The position numbers and the translations under genes are program-made. A DNA stretch of 55,498 nucleotides from a virus (lineage: Duplodnaviria; Caudoviricetes), in IMG/VR virus record IMGVR_UViG_3300025889_000149, positions 1 to 55,498 of that record. One strand, 5' to 3'. Under the pieces are notes generated by a model. That model saw nothing but the letters and a program-made list of their open reading frames with translations, did no database searches and was not told where the DNA came from. This document shows positions 43,245-54,348 of the stretch, piece by piece; the first letter of the stretch is position 1; each line of letters starts with the position of its first letter.

Positions 43245-45233
43245 ATGTCAACGAATGGTGACTTTAATCAACAACCGAATGAAACTGACGTAGAACAGTT
43301 TGATCGTATACTTGAAAAGTTACAAGAATCTTTTATTAAAATAGGTAAAATTACAGATCAATTAACTAAATCACAGTTTGCAAAATTAGTTCAACAGACT
43401 AATAGATACATGTCTGATGAGAAAAAACGTATGCATAATCTGGATATGGCACAGAAAAAAATGGAACTTTTAAATGAAAGAACTGAAGCCAGAATAAAAG
43501 TAGAAGAAAAAGCGACTAAAAATACTGAAAAACTTTTATCTCTTAGAGAAGCTGAAGCGAGACAAAGAACTAAAGATAAAATGACATTACAAAGGCAACA
43601 TGCAAGTGATGTAAAAGATCACATATTATTAAGACAGAGAGTGAAAGGTACTACAGATGAATTAAAATTCTTTACAAATGCATTAACAAAAGGTATATCG
43701 TTTGGTCAGTTGGGTGGTATGGGATTTCAACAAATATTATCTGCATATAATAGACAAAAAGAACAAGAAGACATAGATGCAAAAATAGATATTATAACAC
43801 AGCAATTAAAAAAGACATTACCAAAAGAACAACAAGAAGATTTACGAGAAGAATTAAAACATCTAGTAGAAGAAAAAAGGAAAGTGGATGATAGTATGGC
43901 TGGTGGTACAGCACAAGGTCTTTTAGGTAAAAGAGGTATGGGTTACCTTAAGAGTATGGGTGAATTTGCTAATAAACATAAAGTAGGAATATTATTAGGT
44001 GCTACAAGTGCTGGTATACTGTTAACTGTATTAAAGAAAGCAATAGATGTATCTCCTGTATTTCAATCTATGCTTAAATTACTTAATTTTGGATTCATGT
44101 TGATACTCAGACCTATAGGTGATTTCTTTGGTTTTATAATGAGACCAGTTATGATATTATTACTTAGAAAATTCATCATACCATTTTATCAATTTTTATA
44201 TCCTAAACTTATGAAACTTGGTACAGAAATAGGTGAGTCATTAAGTGGTAAATTAGGTGCTATATTAAGTGGAGATCCTGAAAAAATATTAAAGGAATTT
44301 TTTGGTTTTGATAAAGAAAATGATCTATTTACAAACTTTACAAATGCAGTGATAGGTATAACCACAATATTAGGTGGTGCTGGTATTGCTGGTGTTACAT
44401 TATATGGAAGTTTATTAGCATTTAGAACGTTAGTTGGAACTATTAATACAGCTTTGGAAGCACTTGGATTAAAAGCACCCACCCCACCTACTACAACTGG
44501 TAGTGGATCAACTGGATCATCAGGTACAGGTAGTAGTGGTAAAGATACATCAAGTAGATCAGCTATTAAAGAAAGTAAATTTGTTGCTGAGGGTAGTAAA
44601 ACAACTGGAAAGGGGGAATTTATGGGAAGAGGTACATCTACATCTAAACAAACATTAACAACTGGTAAATTCAGTAACAATCCAGCCATAAAGGCATTTC
44701 AAAAATTTGTTGAAAGAGTAAATGAAGTTAAAATTAGAAGAGGGTTTGGTGCAGAATATGTGACGGAACAGATTACAAATTATCTATCAAAAAATACAGC
44801 CATACAACAAATGAGTAGAGTTGGAAGTAGATTTAAAAATACAGTTCAAAGTTTTGCAAAAAGATTAGAACCAATAATTAACAGATTAGGTGGAACTCAG
44901 GGATTAGCAAAAGGTGGATTTTGGGGACTTGCATTTAAATTAATGGAAGATATGTTTAATATTAAAATAGATGATAATGCTGGTCAAGGAGTTGCCATGG
45001 CAAATGGTGGACTTATTACAGAACCAATAATGGGTGTTGGACAAAGAACTGGTAAATCATATTTAATGGGTGAGGCTGGTAATGAATATGTAGTTCCACA
45101 AAACAAGATGAATACTGGCGTAAATCTTACAATTAACATTCAAAATATGAGTGGAAATAGAGAAGATATAAATAAGTTAAGAGATGTAGTATTAAGAGTG
45201 ATGCAAGAATCAAGTAGTAAGATGGTGAGATAA
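43245..45233 (+). CDS. Tape measure protein
   Basis: 662 aa, helical/coiled-coil, hydrophobic mid-region, MANGGLIT.P...GEAG.EYVVP C-terminal motif. Confidence 0.8.
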   Translation: MSTNGDFNQQPNETDVEQFDRILEKLQESFIKIGKITDQLTKSQFAKLVQQTNRYMSDEKKRMHNLDMAQKKMELLNERTEARIKVEEKATKNTEKLLSLREAEARQRTKDKMTLQRQHASDVKDHILLRQRVKGTTDELKFFTNALTKGISFGQLGGMGFQQILSAYNRQKEQEDIDAKIDIITQQLKKTLPKEQQEDLREELKHLVEEKRKVDDSMAGGTAQGLLGKRGMGYLKSMGEFANKHKVGILLGATSAGILLTVLKKAIDVSPVFQSMLKLLNFGFMLILRPIGDFFGFIMRPVMILLLRKFIIPFYQFLYPKLMKLGTEIGESLSGKLGAILSGDPEKILKEFFGFDKENDLFTNFTNAVIGITTILGGAGIAGVTLYGSLLAFRTLVGTINTALEALGLKAPTPPTTTGSGSTGSSGTGSSGKDTSSRSAIKESKFVAEGSKTTGKGEFMGRGTSTSKQTLTTGKFSNNPAIKAFQKFVERVNEVKIRRGFGAEYVTEQITNYLSKNTAIQQMSRVGSRFKNTVQSFAKRLEPIINRLGGTQGLAKGGFWGLAFKLMEDMFNIKIDDNAGQGVAMANGGLITEPIMGVGQRTGKSYLMGEAGNEYVVPQNKMNTGVNLTINIQNMSGNREDINKLRDVVLRVMQESSSKMVR

Positions 45234-46099
45234 TGACATACGATATTTATATTGTTAAAAAAAGTGGTGGGTCAGCATTAAAGATACCAAACATGTCAAA
45301 CATATCTTATGATTTAAACACACCAGTATCACCAATGCCACTTCCAGAAGAAACACATGAAGAAAATGTATTGTTAAAAATAGAGGGTAACTCTGCTCAA
45401 ATAAATATAGATTTTAAAATAACACAGCAGACATTGGATGTATTAGGAACTGTAAGTGGTAATGTAGGCAATAGGTCTTTCACACCTGATTCAAGTATGA
45501 CAAGTCCAATATCAATAATAAACGATATAAAAGATAATTTTGTACCAAAGAGTATAATAGATGCTTATTCTTTTGAGATAGAACATGACAGTAATAGCAA
45601 CAATAGTTTTAGTCAAGATGGAACTATATCATCAATTAGGTTTAATGTATCAGCAGAATCACCTACAGTATGGAATTGTAATATAATATTTTTTGTAGGA
45701 AATGTTGTGGGATTATATGAAGCTAATGTTCCATATCATCCAAGACAAGTATATCTCACAGTTCCAAGTGCTGGAACAATAAATGTATCATGGGTAGCAA
45801 GTGACGTATACGCAAATGCAAGTGATATGCCAGCTGTAACAGGTGCATCTGTAAAATATAAAAAATCTGATTCTCCTGTATGGGTGGAATATGGATCTAA
45901 TCAATATGCAGTTGGTAATGGTGGTGAACCAAGTCCACCAGCAAGTAGTGCATCTACAACTTTAGTTATGTCTGGATTATCAGCAGGAACTTATAAAGTT
46001 AAAGTAGCACAGCTCAGTGAAGATTCATACGATTCAAATGTTTATTATTATAAAAATGGAACAGGTACTGGTGGTGTTAAAGAGGTTACTGTTACTTGA
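45233..46099 (+). CDS. Distal tail-like protein with C-terminal FnIII-like domain
   Basis: Follows TMP; P..V...INVSW...VKYKK...SGLSAGTYKVKV. Confidence 0.6.
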   Translation: MTYDIYIVKKSGGSALKIPNMSNISYDLNTPVSPMPLPEETHEENVLLKIEGNSAQINIDFKITQQTLDVLGTVSGNVGNRSFTPDSSMTSPISIINDIKDNFVPKSIIDAYSFEIEHDSNSNNSFSQDGTISSIRFNVSAESPTVWNCNIIFFVGNVVGLYEANVPYHPRQVYLTVPSAGTINVSWVASDVYANASDMPAVTGASVKYKKSDSPVWVEYGSNQYAVGNGGEPSPPASSASTTLVMSGLSAGTYKVKVAQLSEDSYDSNVYYYKNGTGTGGVKEVTVT

Positions 46100-48267
46100 G
46101 CAAAGTTAAGATATGTCATATTAGAAGAGATACAAACGGAATAATAACACATAGAAGATTCATCAAACCAAAAAGTGCTATTGTACGAAGAGAGGGATCT
46201 AGAGCACCTGATAACATGGAGTTTACATCTGATTTAGTTCCACAGTTAAGAGAAAATGATGAAATATATTATATCCAAGATGTTGTAGATACTGATAACT
46301 TAGTAGGAATGTATAATTTCTATGGTAACTTTAGAGATGAATCTGGATTTGAACAAGATTTTAATAGATCAAGTGGTATAGATATACCTGAATGTGTTGA
46401 CAAATCAACTGCTGGTAGTTTGAATGAAAGGTTAAGGTTATCAGATCCATCTGCAACTTCTATGGCAAAAAAATATCGTGGTTTCTACAAAATGACAGAA
46501 AACGCAACTTCTGATGATGGTGTTCAAATGAAAAAAGCATTTTATCAACAAAACACAGCAAACTCACCTATAATAGATTTAAGTGGAGATTTTGATATAT
46601 GGATAGAATATGCATCAAATCTTGATGTTGGTCTTTATACTTTATTAGATTTTTATAATGAAAGCACAAGTAAAGGGTTTATATTACAACTTGATATGGC
46701 TAACAATCAGATAAAAATAACATGTAATGATGGTGGAACTGCAAATATTTCTACTGGATCATTTACAGCCAGTACAGATATGCATTTGCTTAGATTTTAT
46801 AGGCAAGATGGAACTTTAAAATTATACATAGACAAGTCTGAAATAACATTGACTAATAGTTCATTTAGTGGTGACATGAATGACAGTAATCAGTATTGGT
46901 ATATGTGTAAGAAATATGATGAAAGTACAAGCACTTGGTCTGATGGGTTTTATGGGTGGTTATTTCAATTAAGATTCTATACTCAAGTATTAAGTGATGA
47001 TGATGCAACTGTTTTATGGACATGTAAAGCACAGCAATTAACAATGAAATTTGGTGGATTCGTGTGGAGAATAGATGATGGTGTAACTAGAAGAATACAA
47101 TGTAAAGGATGGTCTTCTAAGGTTTTATCTAAAATTATATCACCATCAACAATAACAAACGCACCAAGTTTTTCAGAAGTATCAAGAACTGGTGTCCTAT
47201 ATACTGGTGGTCAGGGAAGTGAAATACTTAGAGATGTGATTGAAAATATAGGTGACAATGAATTTTGTTTTACTACAGAAGAACCCAGTAGTAATCCAAT
47301 ACAATACACGTTTGGATCTCTTAATGCATACGGTACATTGTTAGATTTATTAGAATTTATAATAGTAATGAGCAGTAGTTCTAAAAAATATTTTTTTAAT
47401 GTTTTACCAAGAAAAACAATAATAATAGATGAAGAATTAGATGCAAATTTAGCATGTAATGATAAAACTTCAGATGTAATAGAGCAATATCATGATGATA
47501 GTAGAACTGTAAACATGTTAGAAATATCTGCAAATAACCAAATCAAACATGATGTTTATACTAGACCCTATAGTGCAACTGGAACTGAATATGTTATACA
47601 GGGAAGTGATACTTTAAACAATGCAAATAATTCAGATGTTGTAGTAGAGACATTGTTAAAAGCCACAATAAATGGTAATGATGCACCAATCTACATGTCT
47701 GATGAAACATTACCAAGTGGACAATATGGTATAAAATTAAATATATCTAGAGATAAATTTGAAATTTCATCTCCAAATTCCACTGGAAATACAGTTAAAC
47801 TTTGGTTTACATTTAGATATTTTATATTAAATGCATTGTCAACTATACAAGTTATAACTGATCCAACATCTGTGAATACTATAGGGGAATATCCTAGAAG
47901 AATTAATGTAAAACAATTAGATGATGGTATAAATTTAGGTATATTTGCAAATAGATACCTTAATTTATATAAAAATGTAAAGAAAAGAGTAAAAGTAAGA
48001 TTTAACGGATTAGTTAATTCTGTAACAATAGGTCAAAAACTACCAGTTCACTATGTAACAAAAAAATTATATACATCATACGATCCCAGCACTGAAGAAA
48101 TTGAGCCAGAAAGACTTAACGTATCATCCATAGAATATAGATACCCCGAGGGAATAACTATATTGGAACTTGGTGAAAATGAATTTAACACGTTTGATTT
48201 AGAGAAAATAACGATTGAGGGATTAAGAGGTGTGGATAATTCAATCAGTAAAAATACCTTAATTTGA
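46096..48267 (+). CDS. Tail hub/tip protein with LamG-like insertion
   Basis: LVGMYNF...FDIW...LYID...LRFYTQVLS LamG pattern inside a hub-like protein. Confidence 0.6.
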   Translation: MSKVKICHIRRDTNGIITHRRFIKPKSAIVRREGSRAPDNMEFTSDLVPQLRENDEIYYIQDVVDTDNLVGMYNFYGNFRDESGFEQDFNRSSGIDIPECVDKSTAGSLNERLRLSDPSATSMAKKYRGFYKMTENATSDDGVQMKKAFYQQNTANSPIIDLSGDFDIWIEYASNLDVGLYTLLDFYNESTSKGFILQLDMANNQIKITCNDGGTANISTGSFTASTDMHLLRFYRQDGTLKLYIDKSEITLTNSSFSGDMNDSNQYWYMCKKYDESTSTWSDGFYGWLFQLRFYTQVLSDDDATVLWTCKAQQLTMKFGGFVWRIDDGVTRRIQCKGWSSKVLSKIISPSTITNAPSFSEVSRTGVLYTGGQGSEILRDVIENIGDNEFCFTTEEPSSNPIQYTFGSLNAYGTLLDLLEFIIVMSSSSKKYFFNVLPRKTIIIDEELDANLACNDKTSDVIEQYHDDSRTVNMLEISANNQIKHDVYTRPYSATGTEYVIQGSDTLNNANNSDVVVETLLKATINGNDAPIYMSDETLPSGQYGIKLNISRDKFEISSPNSTGNTVKLWFTFRYFILNALSTIQVITDPTSVNTIGEYPRRINVKQLDDGINLGIFANRYLNLYKNVKKRVKVRFNGLVNSVTIGQKLPVHYVTKKLYTSYDPSTEEIEPERLNVSSIEYRYPEGITILELGENEFNTFDLEKITIEGLRGVDNSISKNTLI

Positions 48268-48304
48268 CATAATATTTAAATACAACAAATTCTTAGGGAA
48301 TAAC

Positions 48305-48886
48305 ATGATGTTAATTCAAGGAAATGGAAAATCACTTCCAACAGAAATCGATCCAAAAAATAATATTTGTTTAGTAGTTACTCACCAAGACGGAAGTAAA
48401 GAATGGTGGTATGGTTCAAACATTGTAACCAATGACGGTGATATTTATTATGCCAAGAAATCAGCAGGAGAAACCCCATCTTCAAACGAAGACTTTGGTG
48501 CTTCAGCATGTGTTTTACAAAATCCATCTTCAGCAGATACACTAGCAAAGACCGATACCTATGGTAGCGTAAACTCTCCAATTACCACAACTGGTGCTGT
48601 TCAAGGCTTATACGCAGGTTATCCAAAAACAAATGATGGAGATTCAGATAATACAGGTGCTTCAGCAGATGCAGTATCTTACAGATTTGACTGGGCAACA
48701 AACCAAATCGATACATCAGCAGGAAACCCAATCACAGGTGGAGCAATTTATGATATTGGACAAACAAGCCCAGTATCAGGTACTAAAATCCTAACACACT
48801 GGAACTTTAGTAGCCCATCAAGTTTCCACAAGACAAGCACAGATACACTCAAACTATTCGTGAATCACACATTCAACGGAGTATAA
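48305..48886 (+). CDS. Tail fibre/baseplate-associated protein
   Basis: NIVTNDG...KTSTDTLK pattern; own TATA box at 48275. Confidence 0.6.
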   Translation: MMLIQGNGKSLPTEIDPKNNICLVVTHQDGSKEWWYGSNIVTNDGDIYYAKKSAGETPSSNEDFGASACVLQNPSSADTLAKTDTYGSVNSPITTTGAVQGLYAGYPKTNDGDSDNTGASADAVSYRFDWATNQIDTSAGNPITGGAIYDIGQTSPVSGTKILTHWNFSSPSSFHKTSTDTLKLFVNHTFNGV

Positions 48887-48893
48887 CCACACC

Positions 48894-49049
48894 ATGTTTA
48901 ATTCATGGGGTGTGTTCAATCTTTTAGAACGATTGAATATGAAATTTCCAAAAGCCACTGGTGGTCTTGATGATAAAGTTAGATACGAAGAAAAAGTAAA
49001 CTTTGTATTAAAGAAAGCAGATAATAAAGAAATAAGAGGTCATAGTTAA
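48894..49049 (+). CDS. 51-aa hypothetical protein (not in ORF track)
   Basis: Fills the gap; TAATG coupling to next gene. Confidence 0.55.
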   Translation: MFNSWGVFNLLERLNMKFPKATGGLDDKVRYEEKVNFVLKKADNKEIRGHS

Positions 49050-50590
49050 TGGCACGTAAAGCAATCTATAAACACGCAACTCAGGTAGATACTAATACAT
49101 ATCCTGATGATGGTTCTTCTCCAGTCGGTTCTAATGAATGGAATGAAGCACCAGATGCAGAGGGAATGTTGGGGTTCTCTCCACAAACAGCAACAATTAC
49201 AATTTCTTCAGGAGCATTAGCAGTTACAGATTCAGTATGTGTAGCTTCAGCAGAAACAGGAACTACTGATACGATTGATACTATTTCTATTACAGATACA
49301 AGTGAATACGATTTACTTTATCTCTTTGCAGATGCAGGAGATACAATTACATTAACAAATACAAGTTCACCATCAGTAAGTGGACAAATTAGGACAGTTT
49401 CTAACGCAAATGAGACACTATCAACAACAAGTCCTACAATCCTTATTCGTAAGGGTAACTATTGGTATGGATATGGTGGTGGTGTAGTCAACGCATTAAA
49501 CGATGTTGGAGATGTCACAATTACAAGTGCAACACAATATCAAACTCTAGTCTATAACGGTTCAGCTTGGATTAATAATTCTCCAGATAAATTATTTTAT
49601 GTATGTAAAAACGCTGGTGGTTCAACTATTGCAAAAGGCAAATTTGTTTACATTAGTGGTTATAATACATTAAATTCTTACATTGAAGTTTCTCTAGCAG
49701 ATAACACAAGTGCTTCAACAATGCCAGCTTTCGGTATCACAATGGAAGCAATTTCAGCAGGTTCAACAGGTAAAGTCTTACAACAAGGTAAGATGACAGG
49801 ATTAAATACTGATGGTATTGCAGAAGGTACAATACTTTACGTTGGAACTTCTGGCGATTGGGTAACAACAAAACCAACAGGAACCGCATTAATTCAAAAT
49901 GTCGGTCTAGTGTTAAGAGATGATGCTTCTGATGGACATATACATGTTGGTGGTTCAGGTAGATCAAACGATATTCCAAACATTCCAGATGGAAAGATTT
50001 GGATTGGTAACGCAAGTGCAGTAGCAACAGCAGTAACTCCAAGTGGAGACGTAACAATATCTAATGCAGGTGTAACAGCAATAGGTTCAGGTGTAATTGA
50101 AAACGCAGATATTTCTGCAAGTGCAGGAATCGCACATTCTAAACTAGCAAACCTTACTGACAGTTATGTCCTAGTAGGTAACAGTTCTAACGTTCCAACA
50201 GGTGTAGCAATCAGTGGAGATGTAACACTAGCCAACACAGGTGCAACAACTGTAACTGACTTGACAATTTCAAGTGAAGCACAGGGAGATATTTTATACT
50301 TTAACGGAACTAATTGGGTTAGATTACCAGCAGGAACTTCAGGTAAAGTTTTACAGACCAATGGTGCAGGAGCAAACCCATCATGGGAAACAGCATCAGG
50401 TGGTGGAGCAACAATCGTTCACACATATACAAATACTACAAACACATCATACACAGGAACAGCTTCAAGTTTCGGAACTGTCGGTGTAGGTGACAGAGAT
50501 ATTTACATTAAAAAGATTGATGCCAACAATGAGGGAGTCTTTACAAAGATTTGGAAGAACGGATCAGCAGTAGAGGTTCAAATTGCATAG
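49049..50590 (+). CDS. Tail fibre protein
   Basis: LNDVGDVTI...LVYNGSAW, SGDVTI repeats, GDILYFNGTNWVRL..GT.G.VL..G....PSW. Confidence 0.75.
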   Translation: MARKAIYKHATQVDTNTYPDDGSSPVGSNEWNEAPDAEGMLGFSPQTATITISSGALAVTDSVCVASAETGTTDTIDTISITDTSEYDLLYLFADAGDTITLTNTSSPSVSGQIRTVSNANETLSTTSPTILIRKGNYWYGYGGGVVNALNDVGDVTITSATQYQTLVYNGSAWINNSPDKLFYVCKNAGGSTIAKGKFVYISGYNTLNSYIEVSLADNTSASTMPAFGITMEAISAGSTGKVLQQGKMTGLNTDGIAEGTILYVGTSGDWVTTKPTGTALIQNVGLVLRDDASDGHIHVGGSGRSNDIPNIPDGKIWIGNASAVATAVTPSGDVTISNAGVTAIGSGVIENADISASAGIAHSKLANLTDSYVLVGNSSNVPTGVAISGDVTLANTGATTVTDLTISSEAQGDILYFNGTNWVRLPAGTSGKVLQTNGAGANPSWETASGGGATIVHTYTNTTNTSYTGTASSFGTVGVGDRDIYIKKIDANNEGVFTKIWKNGSAVEVQIA

Positions 50591-50608
50591 ATGTGGTGAT
50601 GATGGAAA

Positions 50609-51946
50609 ATGACTATCACTTATCATGCAGGGCGTAGGATTCAAGGACTAAGTGGAGAACAAAATAAATATACTACTACTACCACATACAATAATGCTAA
50701 TGATACTGTTGTATCTGTAAGATCGCTTTATTCTAACCCATTAATATCTAATGGAGAGGGAGAAAGAGTTGGGGTAAGAATTAATGCTGGACATTCATCA
50801 ATAGGAACAAAAGTAAAAAAAATCAAAGCTAAAATTGCAAAACATGGAACATTGGTAGGTAATTATGAAATCACAATAAGAGATAGTAATGATACAATTA
50901 AAGGAATTGCATCAGCAACAGCAAACAATCTTACTACAAGTTACACAACAGTTGAACATGAACTTGATAATGTAGTTACAATAGAAACAGGAGATAGAAT
51001 TTCAATAGAATATGATGGAACAACAAGAACTGCAAACGGTCTTGATCTTGGAACTGCTTCATCAAATTGGGAAACTAATACAACTCAACAATTATACTCA
51101 ACAGGTGGTGGTTGGGTAAATGATCCAGATGGTAGTATTGGAAGAAAATTTATGTTCACTTTTGATTCTACTCCTGTAACAGATGCCGGTGGTATTACAA
51201 ACGTTCAATCAGGTTCAAGATTTGAAGAAACTGATACACGAAAGATTTACTATGGAGCATTACCAAGTGTAACCTATGAAACTGATTTTTCATCAACAAC
51301 AGGTTGGTCACTAAATGGTGGTAGTTATACAGGGATTTCTAATGGTGTTTATAATTGGGATATATTAACGGGTCTTAATAATGAAGTAAGAGGTGCATGG
51401 TATCCTATAACAACAGCAGATGATTCAAAATGGGTTTTAAGATTTAAGTTGGGTATTGATACTCTAACACCGAGCGGTAGTCCTGATCCTGATTCATCAC
51501 AATTAATTGTTATATTGAGTGATACTGGTGCAAATACCTACTATCCTTATGACGCAATAGGATTTAGTTTTTATTTAGGTGGTGGTGGTTCATGGGCTCC
51601 AAAGTTCTACCTATGGGGTAGTGATTCTTATTATATAATATCCCCATCATCAACTGCTGTAACAGCTTATACAACAACCCCATCTACTGGCACATATTAT
51701 ATTGAATTAATCAGAAATTCCTCAACTTCTGTAACTGGAACAATTTATTCTGATTCAAATTATAGCACAGTAGTTGAATCTAAAACAATCACAATACCCT
51801 CAACAATACAATCGTTAGACAATATACAAATATGTGTTTTTGACGGTAACAATTCAGGTTCATACACAGCTAACGGTTATATTGATGACCTTAAATTCTA
51901 TAACGGAGTAACATCTACTGGCTTTACATGGACAGAGGAAGTTTAA
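50609..51946 (+). CDS. Modular tail-associated receptor-binding protein (paralogue 1)
   Basis: ITYHAGRRIQG N-motif, GSRFEETDTRKIY motif, lectin-like beta domains. Confidence 0.6.
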   Translation: MTITYHAGRRIQGLSGEQNKYTTTTTYNNANDTVVSVRSLYSNPLISNGEGERVGVRINAGHSSIGTKVKKIKAKIAKHGTLVGNYEITIRDSNDTIKGIASATANNLTTSYTTVEHELDNVVTIETGDRISIEYDGTTRTANGLDLGTASSNWETNTTQQLYSTGGGWVNDPDGSIGRKFMFTFDSTPVTDAGGITNVQSGSRFEETDTRKIYYGALPSVTYETDFSSTTGWSLNGGSYTGISNGVYNWDILTGLNNEVRGAWYPITTADDSKWVLRFKLGIDTLTPSGSPDPDSSQLIVILSDTGANTYYPYDAIGFSFYLGGGGSWAPKFYLWGSDSYYIISPSSTAVTAYTTTPSTGTYYIELIRNSSTSVTGTIYSDSNYSTVVESKTITIPSTIQSLDNIQICVFDGNNSGSYTANGYIDDLKFYNGVTSTGFTWTEEV

Positions 51947-51971
51947 ATTTGACGGAGTTGTATGAATAAAC

Positions 51972-54347
51972 ATGGCACAGATAAAATACTTGGACAGCAG
52001 AAGAATCATGGGAGAATCAGATGGAACAGATATTGCTCCTACATTTGAAGATGATTTTAGTTCTGATAATTGGACAGATGCCACAGGAGATACAGGTGTA
52101 AATACGACCACAGGTAAATTTGAATTTGATTTAGCAAGAACAACTACAAATCAATCTAGTTACGTTGATATTGGTTCAACAGTAAGTGATACAGAATGGA
52201 TTTTAAGAATACATGATTTAAAAATAACAACAAAATCAGGTGGTATAGAAGTATTTATTGGAATTTCATCTAATACATCTGGAGCAACAACAGCACAAGA
52301 TTTTATCGGTGTAGCATTTGGAGATAATACAGCAAATCCATTAGCATACGGTGTTGATGCAGATAATAGTAGTATAACAAGAATAGGTGGAGATTACACA
52401 TATACAACAAACACATCTTATTATGTAGAAGTAATTAGAACATCACCAACTAATTATGATGTTAAAATTTACAGTGATAGTAATTTTTCATCATTATTGT
52501 TTTCACAATCATATACTTGCACTTCAACAACCATATCATTAAGATATTTAAAAGTAGCAAACGCTATGGCTTCTGGATCAACAGAAGATTTAGTTGGTTC
52601 ATTTGATAAGATAACACTTTTTGACGGAGTAACATCTGTAACAACAGGAAAACCAAAAGCACCATTATCACTATCAGGTTGTAAAGCATATTACAACTTT
52701 GAACAAACAAGTGGTAGTCTTACAAATATAGCAACAACAGCTAACGGATTTGCTGACGGTCTAGGTAGTAGTGCAGATGGAACTAACAACGGAGCAACAA
52801 CAGGAGTAACAGGCAAAGTAGGTTCTTATGCTTGGGATTTTGATGGAACAAATGACTATGTTGAGTTAACTTCATCTACATCTAATTGGAATTTTCTACA
52901 TAATGGTGGTAGTCATAGTTATTCATATTGGATAAAATTAGGAAACACCGGTGGTATCCCTGAATATCTTTTGTTTGACATTTCATGGTCAGGCGATATT
53001 GGTATTGCTATGACGGTAAATTCATCAGATCAAATACAATATTCAATTTACAGAGGTGCGTCAGGCACTTGGGTTGTTAGTGGTGCTTCATCAACATCAT
53101 TAGATACTAATTGGCACCATGTAGCAATTACTTATGATGGAAGTAACGCAAGAATTTACATTGATGGTTCACTTGATTCAACAATAGCTAAAACTGCAAA
53201 TGCACCAAGTTCATCAAATTCTACTTATTCATTAAAAATAGGTGCAACAGCAGATATTACAAGTTTTGCTGATGTTAGTCTTGATGAACTTGCAATATTT
53301 AATAGAGTATTAACAGCAGATGAAATATCAGCACTATACAATGGTGGAACAGGAGTAGCAGTAAATGATTCAAGCATACTAGCAAAACCTGAAACCAACA
53401 GTATCTTTGTTGAAACTGATGGTGGAAGAAAATACTTATTTGATGGATCAGAATGGTATTTAACTTTAAAAGGTGGTTCAGGTTATGCAACAAGAGCTGT
53501 ATTTAGTGGTGGTTTTACAGGTAGTGAATCTAATACAATAGATTATGTTACAATACAAACTACAGGTAATGCTACAGATTTTGGAGATTTAGTATATGCA
53601 AGACATTATGTTGGAGCAACAAGTGATACAAGTAGAGGTGTAACTACTGGTGGTTTTGATGGTACTAGCACATATTCAACTATTGATTATTACACAATAG
53701 CTACTCCAGCTAATGCACAAACTTTTGGATCTTTGACAATAGGAAAGTCAACATACGATTCATGTGTGTGTGATTCAGTAAATGTTTTACAATTTGGTGG
53801 TTATACAGGTGCTACAGCAACAGCAACTATAGATTATTTTGGAATAAGATCATTAGGAAATGCTTCTACTTTTGGTAATTTAGCAACAGCACTTTACGCT
53901 AAGTTTGGTCTTGATGATACATTTAGAGCTGTTACAGGTGGTGGTGGTGGATATAATACTGTTATTGATTATGTAACAATGAGGACTCCAAGTAATTCAA
54001 CTAGTTTTGGAAATTTAACACAAGGTAGAGGTTGGTCAGGTGCTACAGCATCTACAACAAGGGGTGTCATTGGTGGTGGTGATTCAGGATCTGTAAGTAA
54101 TGTAATAGATTATGTAACAATACAGACTACAGGAAATGCTACTGACTTTGGAGATTTGTCAGTAGCAAGAGCTTATCTTTCAGCAACAGGTGACAGAAGT
54201 AGAGGATTGTTTGGTGGTGGATCATCAGATTATACAAATGGTAACAATACTATGGATTATATTACAATCTCTACTACAGGAAATGCTACAGATTTTGGAG
54301 ATTTAACAGTGGCAAGATTTGGTGTAGCAGGGTGTTCAGGTAAGTAA
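51972..54347 (+). CDS. Modular tail-associated protein with LamG and Kelch-like propeller (paralogue 2)
   Basis: IKYLDSRRIMG, LamG (FDGTNDYV, WHHVAITYDG, LDELAIFNRVL), SIFVETDG, six IDY.TI...GNA..FG.L repeats. Confidence 0.7.
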   Translation: MAQIKYLDSRRIMGESDGTDIAPTFEDDFSSDNWTDATGDTGVNTTTGKFEFDLARTTTNQSSYVDIGSTVSDTEWILRIHDLKITTKSGGIEVFIGISSNTSGATTAQDFIGVAFGDNTANPLAYGVDADNSSITRIGGDYTYTTNTSYYVEVIRTSPTNYDVKIYSDSNFSSLLFSQSYTCTSTTISLRYLKVANAMASGSTEDLVGSFDKITLFDGVTSVTTGKPKAPLSLSGCKAYYNFEQTSGSLTNIATTANGFADGLGSSADGTNNGATTGVTGKVGSYAWDFDGTNDYVELTSSTSNWNFLHNGGSHSYSYWIKLGNTGGIPEYLLFDISWSGDIGIAMTVNSSDQIQYSIYRGASGTWVVSGASSTSLDTNWHHVAITYDGSNARIYIDGSLDSTIAKTANAPSSSNSTYSLKIGATADITSFADVSLDELAIFNRVLTADEISALYNGGTGVAVNDSSILAKPETNSIFVETDGGRKYLFDGSEWYLTLKGGSGYATRAVFSGGFTGSESNTIDYVTIQTTGNATDFGDLVYARHYVGATSDTSRGVTTGGFDGTSTYSTIDYYTIATPANAQTFGSLTIGKSTYDSCVCDSVNVLQFGGYTGATATATIDYFGIRSLGNASTFGNLATALYAKFGLDDTFRAVTGGGGGYNTVIDYVTMRTPSNSTSFGNLTQGRGWSGATASTTRGVIGGGDSGSVSNVIDYVTIQTTGNATDFGDLSVARAYLSATGDRSRGLFGGGSSDYTNGNNTMDYITISTTGNATDFGDLTVARFGVAGCSGK

Positions 54348-54348
54348 A